This document shows positions 1 to 8,304 of a stretch of DNA of 64,000 nucleotides, piece after piece. The translations under genes and the position numbers were made by a program. The stretch is from contig JAFQBE010000003.1 in the NCBI GenBank assembly GCA_017416765.1, positions 199 to 64,198 of the forward strand, given 5' to 3'. This DNA comes from Clostridia bacterium. GTDB lineage: Bacteria > Bacillota > Clostridia > Oscillospirales > Acutalibacteraceae. Under the pieces are notes generated by a model that saw nothing but the letters and a program-made list of their open reading frames with translations, ran no database searches and was not told where the DNA came from. Positions within the stretch are counted from its first letter, which is position 1; every line of letters starts with the position of its first letter.

Positions 1-136
1 GCAAGACGGTCATACCGCCGGCATTACCTGAACAATGGAAAACATAGTTTACTCCGGTCTGCCTGTCAACCCATATTTCAATAACATTAATCGCTCCCTG
101 CGAATAAGTTTTTTCAAATCTTTTATTATCAGTCAT
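1..136 (-). CDS. small hypothetical protein, N-terminal 45 codons only (gene continues past the left edge)
   Basis: ATG at 136-134 preceded by AAAGGAAAAG; frame open to nt 1; MTDNKRFEKTYSQGAINVIEIWVDRQTGVNYVFHCSGNAGGMTVL resembles, from memory, small DUF6440-type Clostridial proteins (unverified). Confidence 0.4.
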   Translation of the reverse strand, partial: MTDNKRFEKTYSQGAINVIEIWVDRQTGVNYVFHCSGNAGGMTVL

Positions 137-159
137 TTTCTTTTCCTTTCTTTATCAGT

Positions 160-351
160 TTAATCAAAGACTTCTCCTATGTCAGATATTTCAGTTAAAA
201 TCAAAACCAAAATATTAATCACAATATTCGCAACTATTATGCCGCGGATTCTTTTTTTAATTGAAAAGCGGTGCATTCTATCTGTAACCCAAATCCAGGA
301 AAATGTAAAAAACACTGCAACGGCAAAACTCAACACCAAAACTGTTCTCAA
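160..351 (-). CDS. possible small membrane protein
   Basis: 63-codon ORF in the track with hydrophobic segments; the start is TTG and there is no clear RBS, so support is weak. Confidence 0.25.
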   Translation of the reverse strand: MRTVLVLSFAVAVFFTFSWIWVTDRMHRFSIKKRIRGIIVANIVINILVLILTEISDIGEVFD

Positions 352-360
352 AGCTTTCCC

Positions 361-531
361 TTAAGCCGAAATATCAACATCAGGAAAATTAGACCGCACA
401 AAAATGTATGCAAAAACAAGCAACATACATAAAAAACTGAACAATAAATTTACTACAGCTACTTTTTCATCAAAGAACAGAAGTTTTAATTTTCTCTGAT
501 TATTACCCTGCGACATTTTCAGCCTTTTCAT
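361..531 (-). CDS. possible 56-aa membrane peptide, translationally coupled to the upstream peptidase gene
   Basis: Below the ORF-track size cut-off; its ATG (531-529) overlaps the TGA (530-528) of the upstream gene as ATGA; MKRLKMSQGNNQRKLKLLFFDEKVAVVNLLFSFLCMLLVFAYIFVRSNFPDVDISA has one hydrophobic helix. Confidence 0.3.
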   Translation of the reverse strand: MKRLKMSQGNNQRKLKLLFFDEKVAVVNLLFSFLCMLLVFAYIFVRSNFPDVDISA

Positions 532-1205
532 TTCAACTCTTCCTCTTTGAAGCCGTTTGCTTTAGGCAGAAGCCACGCTCTTTTGCCATCTTCTACAGAA
601 AGAACATTTGCAATTTTGCCGTCAATAAAGGTTACGGCTACATCGTTATCTATTGCAAGACCGTCGTGACTGCCGAGCTTTTTTATTTCATGCTTAAAGT
701 TCTGCCAGCTGTTGCTTTCATAATGCGGGCAGTTACAAAATGGAAGCAGACCGACACACTCAACAAAGGTGAAAACGCCGCCTTCAAGGCAATCGTCCCA
801 GCCCCAATCAAACCAACACATTGCGCCCGAGCTTAAACCGGAAAGGATAATTCCCTTTTCGTAGGCTTCGCGGAAAATTTCGGTTGCTCCGGTTTTATTC
901 CATGTATCCATAAGGAATTTCAGGTTACCGCCGTCAACATAAACTATATCGCTGCCAAGAATTTTTTCGCGTATAACTTCATAAGTAAGGCTTTCATCGG
1001 TTAAGTAAAGAGCTTCACCAGTACCGCCAACCTCTTCAAAAGCTGACAGAAATATCGGCGTATCGCCTTTATCATCAAAGCTTGCTGTTGGCAGGAAAAG
1101 CCACTTCGGATTTTCTTTATCACACAAAGAGCGAATGTGACGAAGCAGCGGCCACATTTCGCCGTATTCAAAACTTCCGCCGCCAAGTGCTACAATTTTA
1201 CCCAT
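528..1205 (-). CDS. peptidase S51 (dipeptidase E-like) family protein
   Basis: GKIVALGGGSF N-terminus, nucleophile elbow GLSSGAMCW and CPHYES motif typical of PepE-type S51 enzymes; start set at ATG 1205 (AGGAG 9 nt upstream), which removes the overlap with the upstream gene. Confidence 0.75.
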   Translation of the reverse strand: MGKIVALGGGSFEYGEMWPLLRHIRSLCDKENPKWLFLPTASFDDKGDTPIFLSAFEEVGGTGEALYLTDESLTYEVIREKILGSDIVYVDGGNLKFLMDTWNKTGATEIFREAYEKGIILSGLSSGAMCWFDWGWDDCLEGGVFTFVECVGLLPFCNCPHYESNSWQNFKHEIKKLGSHDGLAIDNDVAVTFIDGKIANVLSVEDGKRAWLLPKANGFKEEELK

Positions 1206-1218
1206 AATTTTTATCTCC

Positions 1219-1716
1219 TTAATTGTTAATGATTTCGTTGACATCTTTTTTATTATAAAGCCAGACTACTTTTTCATTATATTTATTCAATATGGCTTTA
1301 ATTTCTTTCAGATTTTTATTTTGAAATGTATCCGTCCATTTTATAAGGGCTATTACTGATTTTAATGTTTCCTTTTTGCCCTTTGCAAATCCCAATTTCC
1401 TTTTTACAGAGCGGAATAAAATACGCGATTTATAAAGGTATTGAGGCATATCCAACACAAAAATTTTGTCCGCATCTTCAAAGCTCTGTCCTACCCAAGA
1501 ATAATAAACGCCCTCAATTATCCAACTATCGTTTTGCAATATCTGTTCCAACAGTGCATTTCGCTTTTCAACAGGCATTTTTACTCCGTAACTATCCGCA
1601 GAATTATACCATTGGATATCGTCCAAATCAAAGCAAGGAATTTTATATTTTCTCGAAAGCCCTTTGGCTAAATATGTTTTTCCCGAACCACTGCAACCGA
1701 TTATATGTATTTTCAT
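1219..1716 (-). CDS. small P-loop NTPase, adenylate-kinase-like (topology-modulation-protein type)
   Basis: Walker A GCSGSGKTYLAK at the N-terminus; 165 aa, layout of small AAA/adenylate-kinase-like kinases. Confidence 0.65.
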   Translation of the reverse strand: MKIHIIGCSGSGKTYLAKGLSRKYKIPCFDLDDIQWYNSADSYGVKMPVEKRNALLEQILQNDSWIIEGVYYSWVGQSFEDADKIFVLDMPQYLYKSRILFRSVKRKLGFAKGKKETLKSVIALIKWTDTFQNKNLKEIKAILNKYNEKVVWLYNKKDVNEIINN

Positions 1717-1854
1717 AATTCACCACTTCATTAAATCTACATTGTACTTTCAAAAAATGAATTTAGCTTTTTGTATATTGTAACATAAATGCCGTATAAC
1801 GGCAAATATTTTGACAATAATATCCTTAAAAGAATGAAAGGATATGATAAATTT

Positions 1855-2394
1855 ATGGAACTCAAAGGTTCAAAGACAATGAACAACCTGCTTGCCGCAT
1901 TTGCAGGTGAATCGCAGGCGCATACCAAATACCTTTACTATGCCGAAAAGGCAAAGCAGGATGGCTACGAACAAATAGCTGCAATTTTTGAAGAAACGGC
2001 AAACAACGAAAAGGAACACGCTGAAATATGGTTCAAGCTGATTAACGACAACACTATGCCTGAAACCACGCGCAACCTTACCGATGCGGCATCGGGCGAA
2101 AACTATGAATGGACCGAGATGTATAAAGGTTTTGCGCAGACAGCCAAGGAAGAGGGCTTTGAAAAAATCGCCTTCCTTTTTGAACATGTTGCAAACATTG
2201 AAAAAGAACACGAGGAGCGCTACAGAAAGCTGCTGGGCAACATTGAACAGGGAATTGTATTCAGCCGTGACGGTGACGCAATCTGGCAATGCCGCAACTG
2301 CGGACATATATTTATCGGCAAGGGTGCGCCGAATGTCTGCCCCGTTTGTTCACACGAACAGAGCTATTTCCAGATCAAACCCGAAAACTATTAA
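1855..2394 (+). CDS. rbr: rubrerythrin
   Basis: Ferritin-like di-iron motifs ([28 protein letters not shown]) plus C-terminal rubredoxin CRNCG...CPVCS; start set at ATG 1855 (MELKGSKT) after AAAGGA. Confidence 0.9.
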   Translation: MELKGSKTMNNLLAAFAGESQAHTKYLYYAEKAKQDGYEQIAAIFEETANNEKEHAEIWFKLINDNTMPETTRNLTDAASGENYEWTEMYKGFAQTAKEEGFEKIAFLFEHVANIEKEHEERYRKLLGNIEQGIVFSRDGDAIWQCRNCGHIFIGKGAPNVCPVCSHEQSYFQIKPENY

Positions 2395-2405
2395 TAACGA
2401 TATAA

Positions 2406-2434
2406 AAGAGCCATCCCGAAAAAGGATGGCTCTT
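2406..2434. terminator. hairpin shared by convergent rubrerythrin and the last gene of the fibre locus
   Basis: AAGAGCCATCC-N7-GGATGGCTCTT, an 11-bp perfect stem between two convergent stop codons (2394 and 2439); flanking U-tracts are weak. Confidence 0.5.
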
Positions 2435-2438
2435 GAAG

Positions 2439-3023
2439 TCAGTTATCTAAAATTGTAAGTTCAACCGTGCATTTGTTTTCGCCGCAGTAAATACCATCTT
2501 CATTGTAGGCTTTTACAACGCAGATGCAGGTATAATGACCTTTTTTCAGGTTAATTCTGTTGGTCAGCTTATCGTTAAGCAAGCATTCACCCGGAGCTAA
2601 ACGCGGCGACTGATAAAACGGGTCTACCTGATTTTTCGGAAGGTAGAAAGAAAACTCAAGGTCATATTCGGAAACCTTAGGATTTTCAAGCATTATACTG
2701 CCACGGCAATACAGATTATCAAAAATAATATCGGTATTAAGTCGGTAGCGGATTTCACCTTCGGGGATTTCGGTAATCTGATGTTTTTCGTTAATAACAC
2801 CGTACTTAACCGCACCGCGCGGAATTGTAAAGCCGGCTATCATGTGGAAAAAGCCCAGTGCATTAAGTGCAAAAACCGCAATTGCAAGTACAACACAGCT
2901 GGCAAGCAGCATAATTGAAGCCTGCATAATTTTAGGATTATTTTTGGCATCGGCAAGAGTTATTTTTGCTTTTTTTTCTGTATTATCTTTCTTGTGTTTT
3001 TTCATCAGTTTCTTCCTCTTCAA
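2439..3023 (-). CDS. single-pass membrane protein, Lys-rich cytoplasmic N-terminus, extracellular beta-rich domain (paralog of 2983-3852)
   Basis: MKRKKLMKKHKKDNTEKK then TM IMLLASCVVLAIAVFALNALGFF; C-domain aligns by eye with the neighbouring gene (E-x-RY...T-x-I-x-F ... YQS-x-x-L-x-x-G ... AY); start overlaps the upstream stop. Confidence 0.6.
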   Translation of the reverse strand: MKRKKLMKKHKKDNTEKKAKITLADAKNNPKIMQASIMLLASCVVLAIAVFALNALGFFHMIAGFTIPRGAVKYGVINEKHQITEIPEGEIRYRLNTDIIFDNLYCRGSIMLENPKVSEYDLEFSFYLPKNQVDPFYQSPRLAPGECLLNDKLTNRINLKKGHYTCICVVKAYNEDGIYCGENKCTVELTILDN

Positions 3024-3852
3024 TTCCCACCTGAACGGTCAGGTCGGAATACTGAACTCCTATAAGCTTATAGCTTTCGGGATCATATGCCACAACGACA
3101 AGCTTTGTTTCGTGCGTACCGTAGGGCAATGAGTTAATTGTTATATCGGCAAGGCGCCTTCCTGCAGGCAGACCAAGCGACTGATAGACTACATTACCTG
3201 CTTCGTCAACAATTGAAGCGATAAGCACACATTCGTTATCAAAAACATTTACAAGGTTAAGCTTTGCCGGCAAATATTTTTCAACAAAGGTAATTTCAGT
3301 TTCTGCATAGTAACGGAATTCGTCCGTATCGCCTTTGCGCTTCATTCTGTCAGTAAATTCGTACTGCGTCGCCAGGTCATCCGTCACAACAAGGGCTTCG
3401 GAATCATCAACATTCACACCCATATACTTTACCTTTGCCTCACTCGGCACGGTAAAACGAAGCGACAGAATCAGCGCACCTACGCAGATTACAGCAATAA
3501 CTATACTGACTGCAAGTATTACAGCAGAACCTTTTTTAGGGTCAACAGAAGCAAACTTCTTTTTTATCTGAAACTTGATTTCTTTAAAGGTTTTCTGCTT
3601 TTTAACAGGCTTTTTCTTTTGCTGTTTTTTAGGCTTTGCGGTTTGCTGCTTTTCAACCTGCTGTTGTTTTACAGGCTGCGGTTTGGGTTGCGGTTTAGGT
3701 TCGGGCTTTTTTTCCGTAGCCTGAGCAGGTTTGGGCTGTTCCGGCTTTTTCACCGCAGCGGGCTTTGCAACAGCATTTTTACCCTTATATGCAGCGGCCG
3801 CCTGTTTTGCAGCCTGGCTGTTTTTTTTCTTCTTTTGTCTTTTATTTGCCAT
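2983..3852 (-). CDS. single-pass membrane protein with K/P/Q-rich cytoplasmic tail (paralog of 2439-3023)
   Basis: About 110 aa of low-complexity KKPEQPKPAQATEKKPEPKPQPKPQPVKQQQ, TM AVILAVSIVIAVICVGALILSL, then a ~150-aa extracellular domain; GGAG 9 nt upstream of the ATG. Confidence 0.65.
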   Translation of the reverse strand: MANKRQKKKKNSQAAKQAAAAYKGKNAVAKPAAVKKPEQPKPAQATEKKPEPKPQPKPQPVKQQQVEKQQTAKPKKQQKKKPVKKQKTFKEIKFQIKKKFASVDPKKGSAVILAVSIVIAVICVGALILSLRFTVPSEAKVKYMGVNVDDSEALVVTDDLATQYEFTDRMKRKGDTDEFRYYAETEITFVEKYLPAKLNLVNVFDNECVLIASIVDEAGNVVYQSLGLPAGRRLADITINSLPYGTHETKLVVVAYDPESYKLIGVQYSDLTVQVGIEEEETDEKTQER

Positions 3853-3879
3853 TGTAAATTACTCCGCAATTATTTTGGT

Positions 3880-4524
3880 TCAGCTTCTCCAAGGAAGAGT
3901 ATTCATACCCCACACCTGTCTGTAGCGGTTGAACTGAACCGCATCAACGGTAAAATCAATTTTAAGGGTTACGGATTGGTATGTTCCCGCATCAAGTGCG
4001 ACAGAAATAGCAGACATATCAAAGCTTGCTGTATCAAAGCCGCTGAACACTTCAACCTTTTCATCTTCACCCGTCGGGAAAGAGCCTGCATAATAGACAA
4101 AGCCGTCTGCTGATCTGTTATCGTAAAGTTTACCGTCTGTTCCAAGTTTGAACGGAAGGTTATATTCACCCTGCAAGCGTACTGTATCACCGTTCGCATC
4201 AACCGCAGTCCATTCGTGTGAAACGCGGAAGCGGACAAAGGGAACGCCGTTGCCGGTTTTTTCAACAGTAAAACTCAAACCTGAAAGCTGTGAAATATCA
4301 ACATTGTTTTTAGTAAAAGTATAGGTTAATACACCGTTACTGCTACTGGGAGTAACAGTAAAATGAAAATCGTCAAGCTGTGTAAGGTGCCAAGGATTAA
4401 TAGGTGCACCGCTTGTAATCCATGCGGTTGTGCCGCAATATACCGCAACCAAGGCGCAAAGCACCAACGCAACAATCGCCAACGGATTGAGCTTGAATTT
4501 TTTTGTAGTTTTAGTTTTGCTCAT
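3880..4524 (-). CDS. TasA-like protein with SipW-cognate-type signal peptide (minor subunit candidate)
   Basis: Signal MSKTKTTKKFKLNPLAIVALVLCALVAVYCGTTAWITSG; C-terminal TLKIDFTVDAVQFNRYRQVWG resembles the terminal strand plus A-x-Q motif of TasA/camelysin proteins. Confidence 0.6.
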   Translation of the reverse strand: MSKTKTTKKFKLNPLAIVALVLCALVAVYCGTTAWITSGAPINPWHLTQLDDFHFTVTPSSSNGVLTYTFTKNNVDISQLSGLSFTVEKTGNGVPFVRFRVSHEWTAVDANGDTVRLQGEYNLPFKLGTDGKLYDNRSADGFVYYAGSFPTGEDEKVEVFSGFDTASFDMSAISVALDAGTYQSVTLKIDFTVDAVQFNRYRQVWGMNTLPWRS

Positions 4525-4553
4525 TGTTTTATGCGCCCTTTCGGTAAAAATTA

Positions 4554-5366
4554 TTAAGCGTTAGCATCCAACTCACTGCCATCACACTGTTCGGCACTCA
4601 ATTTAACATCAACATTATAATTTACTGTACGGATATTATCATTATCAACATCATCAAGTTCAATAAACCTATCATACTCTACCCAGAAACAGATGCAATA
4701 GGTTTTAGAATTGCCTGGTTCAAGATGTTCAATCTGCTTGTTCGCTGTATTCAAAAATCTGAGCTCATCAAAGCTATTGTCAACGGTAACACCGACGAGC
4801 TTTTCACCAAGCTTTTCGCTGAGTTTTGAATCGAAATATTTACCTGCCGACTTAATAACACAGCTTTCATCCTGATTAACATAAACACCGTCAACAAGTT
4901 CGGTAACGCCTGTTGCGTCAGCAATTTCATCAGAATCGGACACTTCATAAATAAAATATCTCAAGCCCTTGTCAAACTCGGCTGATTCCTGAACATCACT
5001 GCCATTAACAGAATCGACAACTTCAATTCTAATCTGTGCGTTAAGTTCACTGTCACTCTGATTTTCAACTTCGAAAATATAATACTTTGCCGCATGCTCG
5101 AACATATTATTGCGTTCGTTTTCGTCAAGGAACTTGGTTGCGGCATCAAACTCCAAATCCAATGCTTTAATACTGCTGTCAATGGGATTACCTGCGGCAT
5201 CTTTAAAATTAACAAGGAGCTTTTTCATTGAGTAATCCTGCGACTTTTCATCCTTATCGGAAAAATACGAAGTTGTAGGCTCTGCCATTGTATAGAAGCC
5301 GACGCTGAAAACAAGCATAGCGCAAAGCACTACACTAAAAGCACTGCGGAAATTAAAATTTTTCAT
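4554..5366 (-). CDS. TasA/camelysin-like (Peptidase_M73-type) secreted protein with SipW-cognate signal
   Basis: Signal ending EPTTSYFSDKDEKS is very close to the camelysin/TasA GTFAYFSDKE box; ATG overlaps the stop of the upstream peptidase gene (ATGA at 5363-5366). Confidence 0.7.
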   Translation of the reverse strand: MKNFNFRSAFSVVLCAMLVFSVGFYTMAEPTTSYFSDKDEKSQDYSMKKLLVNFKDAAGNPIDSSIKALDLEFDAATKFLDENERNNMFEHAAKYYIFEVENQSDSELNAQIRIEVVDSVNGSDVQESAEFDKGLRYFIYEVSDSDEIADATGVTELVDGVYVNQDESCVIKSAGKYFDSKLSEKLGEKLVGVTVDNSFDELRFLNTANKQIEHLEPGNSKTYCICFWVEYDRFIELDDVDNDNIRTVNYNVDVKLSAEQCDGSELDANA

Positions 5367-5848
5367 ACAGCTTCAGCCTCCTTTTTATTTTTTAAACGAT
5401 AAACTATAAAACGTATTGCCATTAAAGCAACAAGAACAACCGCAAGCACAACCATAACTGAAACCGGCTCAAACTTCAAGGCTAAATTGCCAAGCATGGG
5501 TACACTGAACACCACTTTGCCAACGATATCATCAAAAGCTGTCGGCAGCGGGTCAGGCTGCGAATTATTATCGCCCATAGTATATACGAGTTTTTTTTCG
5601 TTATCTACCGAAACGATACGGTGAGTAAATGTGCCGCCCGAGGGTAGGTTCGCTGTAATTATATCGCCTTCAAGGTATTCCCCTGCTGCACGGACAAAAA
5701 CCATATCACCTTCAAAAAGCTCATCCTGCATACTGGGGGTTGCAACGGCATAAACCTTGGTATCTGTAATTTTCAGACCGAGGGTAAAAACAAACACCGC
5801 AACGATAACTATAGAAACAATATTGTAAATAATATTAAATATTCTCAT
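5363..5848 (-). CDS. signal peptidase I, archaeal/ER (SipW, S26B) type
   Basis: N-terminal TM, Ser box ATPSMQDELFEGDMVFV, His box FTHRIV, GDNNSQPDP box, C-terminal TM; start set at ATG 5848 (MRIFNII), 4 nt after the upstream stop; the track ORF extends to 5896. Confidence 0.8.
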   Translation of the reverse strand: MRIFNIIYNIVSIVIVAVFVFTLGLKITDTKVYAVATPSMQDELFEGDMVFVRAAGEYLEGDIITANLPSGGTFTHRIVSVDNEKKLVYTMGDNNSQPDPLPTAFDDIVGKVVFSVPMLGNLALKFEPVSVMVVLAVVLVALMAIRFIVYRLKNKKEAEAV

Positions 5849-5852
5849 AAAA

Positions 5853-6554
5853 TCAACTTGCCTGAACTGTAGTTGTCGGATCGGGAACCTGTTCAAAAGG
5901 ATGCTCAGCAGTACCCATTACTTCCCATTCAACATGCGCAGTCTGCTTGGCTTCAAAGGTTAATTTAACTGTAATAGTCTTACCTTCACCAAAACTGCCT
6001 GAAGGTAAAACAGAATTTTTGCCGCTGTAGTACATTGCGGAAAACAGCGGAATAATCTGCTGGGTTACATTTTCAGCAAGACCTTGTATTGTATCGTCTG
6101 TACCTTCGATAGCGGGGTCATCATAATAAAAATAACCGTCTGCATCGTTATATGACCAATAGGTTTTTGAATTACTGTCTGCTGCTGGTTCTGCAACAAA
6201 GGGTGCGCCTGTATCCGCTGCACTTACAAAAGAACTGAGTTCTTCAAGACGGTTTCCGGCAGCATCAAAATATGTATAAGAAACCTTAACTCTTACCTGA
6301 GTATCAATAGAAGAATTGTTGATAAGATAAAAACTTGCATCTTCTTTAATTAAGTTCTGCAAGGGTTCAATTGAAGCGGTATTATCTGCAAAATCGCCAA
6401 CCAGAGTATAACCCATATTACCTGATTGGAAATTGTGAAGCACGCCGCCTGCACCCTCGCCATAGCTGGGAAACCATGCATAAGTGCCGTTAACACCGAA
6501 CACACCCGCTATAAAAACAAGGGAAAGGACAAGACAGATTATTTTATTTTTCAT
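5853..6554 (-). CDS. TasA-like protein with SipW-cognate signal peptide
   Basis: MKNKIICLVLSLVFIAGVFGVNGTYAWF signal; INNSSIDTQVRVKV and KLTFEAKQ motifs as in the TasA/camelysin family; ATG overlaps the upstream stop (ATGA 6551-6554). Confidence 0.7.
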   Translation of the reverse strand: MKNKIICLVLSLVFIAGVFGVNGTYAWFPSYGEGAGGVLHNFQSGNMGYTLVGDFADNTASIEPLQNLIKEDASFYLINNSSIDTQVRVKVSYTYFDAAGNRLEELSSFVSAADTGAPFVAEPAADSNSKTYWSYNDADGYFYYDDPAIEGTDDTIQGLAENVTQQIIPLFSAMYYSGKNSVLPSGSFGEGKTITVKLTFEAKQTAHVEWEVMGTAEHPFEQVPDPTTTVQAS

Positions 6555-7069
6555 GCCTTCACCGCTTTCTTTTCAGATTTATATTTTTCGATTTCAACCG
6601 CAAGCCAGATTATATAAAACAAAGCTATTATAGCCTTACCCCACACGGTATTAAGAGCCTGAACTACATAGCCCCAATAAGGGAAGAAGAACAGCACCCT
6701 GCCCTTACAATTTGCAAAAGGGGTAGGCAGCGGGTCTGAAACCTTGCTTGCATCGCCCTTTGTAGCAACCGTTTCGTTTTCATAATCAACGCTCATAACG
6801 CGGTGGGTAAAGGATTTTGTTCCTGCCTCGTTTGAAAAAAGCAGAACATCTATACCCGGTTGAATATCGTTAATTTCAATTTTTTCAATATAGACCATGC
6901 TGCCCTTGGGTATATTGGGCTCCATACTGCCGGTTTTTACATAGTAGCTTTCCACACCTAAAAGTTTCGGAAACCACACGGCAACACATAGCAGGACCAG
7001 CACAGCCGAAAAAGCCGCAAAAAATTTATTGCTTTTTCTTTTTTTCTTCATCTTCATTGTTCTTTTCAT
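6551..7069 (-). CDS. signal peptidase I, SipW (S26B) type
   Basis: KTGSMEPNIPKGSMVYI, FTHRVMSV and KGDASKVSDPLP boxes, TM at both ends; exact start uncertain (three in-frame ATGs at 7069-7051, overlapping the upstream gene). Confidence 0.8.
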   Translation of the reverse strand: MKRTMKMKKKRKSNKFFAAFSAVLVLLCVAVWFPKLLGVESYYVKTGSMEPNIPKGSMVYIEKIEINDIQPGIDVLLFSNEAGTKSFTHRVMSVDYENETVATKGDASKVSDPLPTPFANCKGRVLFFFPYWGYVVQALNTVWGKAIIALFYIIWLAVEIEKYKSEKKAVKA

Positions 7070-7598
7070 TCATTTTTTTGCTGATATTAACCATTTCCAT
7101 AGTAATGATTATACACATGGGAAGCACAATCAGCACAAGGAAAAACGCAGGATTTTCGCGTATTTTCATCAGCTTTTGCATTAAATTACTTTTACCCACT
7201 ACCTTGCCGATAATTTTTTCACTTTCGGCAGAATATTCATCGGGGATTACATTTGCATCGCCCTGGGTAACAAAGCTGTAGGTTCCGTCACCGTCGTCGG
7301 TAACTTCCATAATTCTGTGGGTAACAATCATATTACCCAATGAGGGATTGCTCGAATAAAAGGTTATAACATCCTTTTCTTTAAGCTGAGAAGGGTCGGT
7401 TTCTTTAATAATAATAACCGTACCTATCGGATATTCGGGGGTCATACTGCCGGTTTGTACAGCCATAAAGCCGTAGCCGAAAACGGTAGTAGCCTCGCCC
7501 CTTTTGGCATTGTAGCCAACAAGAACAAGAACCGCTACAGCAAAAAGGATAAGCGCAACAAGAACAAAATTAATTATTTTACCTATAACTTTTTTCAT
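7026..7598 (-). CDS. signal peptidase I, SipW (S26B) type
   Basis: QTGSMTPEYPIGTVIII, VTHRIMEV and QGDANVIPDEY boxes, TM at both ends, short acidic/Lys tail; GGAAGGA upstream of the ATG. Confidence 0.8.
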   Translation of the reverse strand: MKKVIGKIINFVLVALILFAVAVLVLVGYNAKRGEATTVFGYGFMAVQTGSMTPEYPIGTVIIIKETDPSQLKEKDVITFYSSNPSLGNMIVTHRIMEVTDDGDGTYSFVTQGDANVIPDEYSAESEKIIGKVVGKSNLMQKLMKIRENPAFFLVLIVLPMCIIITMEMVNISKKMNEKNNEDEEKKKKQ

Positions 7599-7604
7599 TT
7601 TGCT

Positions 7605-8273
7605 TTATCCTTCCGCTTCTTCGCCGGATTCTTCTGTAATTAAGTCTGCTTCCAAAACAAAGGAAAGCACCTTATCCATATAAATATTTCTGGCTTTCTC
7701 GTCCATTTTTATTTCATATGTATATTCATATTGTGTAGCATTTTCAGGCTTTTCCCCTACAACACCATTGAAAATAAGAGCAGATGCACCGTCGCCGGCA
7801 AGTTCATCAATACTTTGAAATGCACCGCCGTTAACGCTTACAAGAAGTACCTTTGAAAGCATATTTTCCTCAACAACAGGGTTGTAAATATCAACAGGTG
7901 CAGCGGTTGTTTCTGTACCTTCTTGAACATCGCTTTCTGTTTGGGGTTCTCTGAGTTCAGCAGAAATCTGTGAAAGAGACATTTTCAAAGTGTCAGTTGG
8001 CTGCGCGGTAAAATACACTTTGAATCTCCATGTTTTACCGGGAACAAGCTCAAGATGCTGACCGTTATATGTAGACCAAAAATTAACGGACTGTTCGTAC
8101 TGAATTGAATTAAACTGTGAGGGGACTTTAGGGGAGCTGACAGACGCAAGAATCTGACCCACCGATGCGTGATTGCCGACTGCAAACCATGCAAAGGTAG
8201 CACAAACAAGCACAAGCACCAATACGCCGCCTGCGACTGCCAACTGAAAAGCATTTGTTTTCTGACTTTTCAT
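7605..8273 (-). CDS. secreted protein with SipW-cognate signal peptide (TasA-like minor subunit candidate)
   Basis: MKSQKTNAFQLAVAGGVLVLVLVCATFAWFAVGN signal; starts 31 nt downstream of the giant gene stop. Confidence 0.6.
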   Translation of the reverse strand: MKSQKTNAFQLAVAGGVLVLVLVCATFAWFAVGNHASVGQILASVSSPKVPSQFNSIQYEQSVNFWSTYNGQHLELVPGKTWRFKVYFTAQPTDTLKMSLSQISAELREPQTESDVQEGTETTAAPVDIYNPVVEENMLSKVLLVSVNGGAFQSIDELAGDGASALIFNGVVGEKPENATQYEYTYEIKMDEKARNIYMDKVLSFVLEADLITEESGEEAEG

Positions 8274-8304
8274 TCCTTAAAGTCCCCTTTTGATTTAATA
8301 AAAT

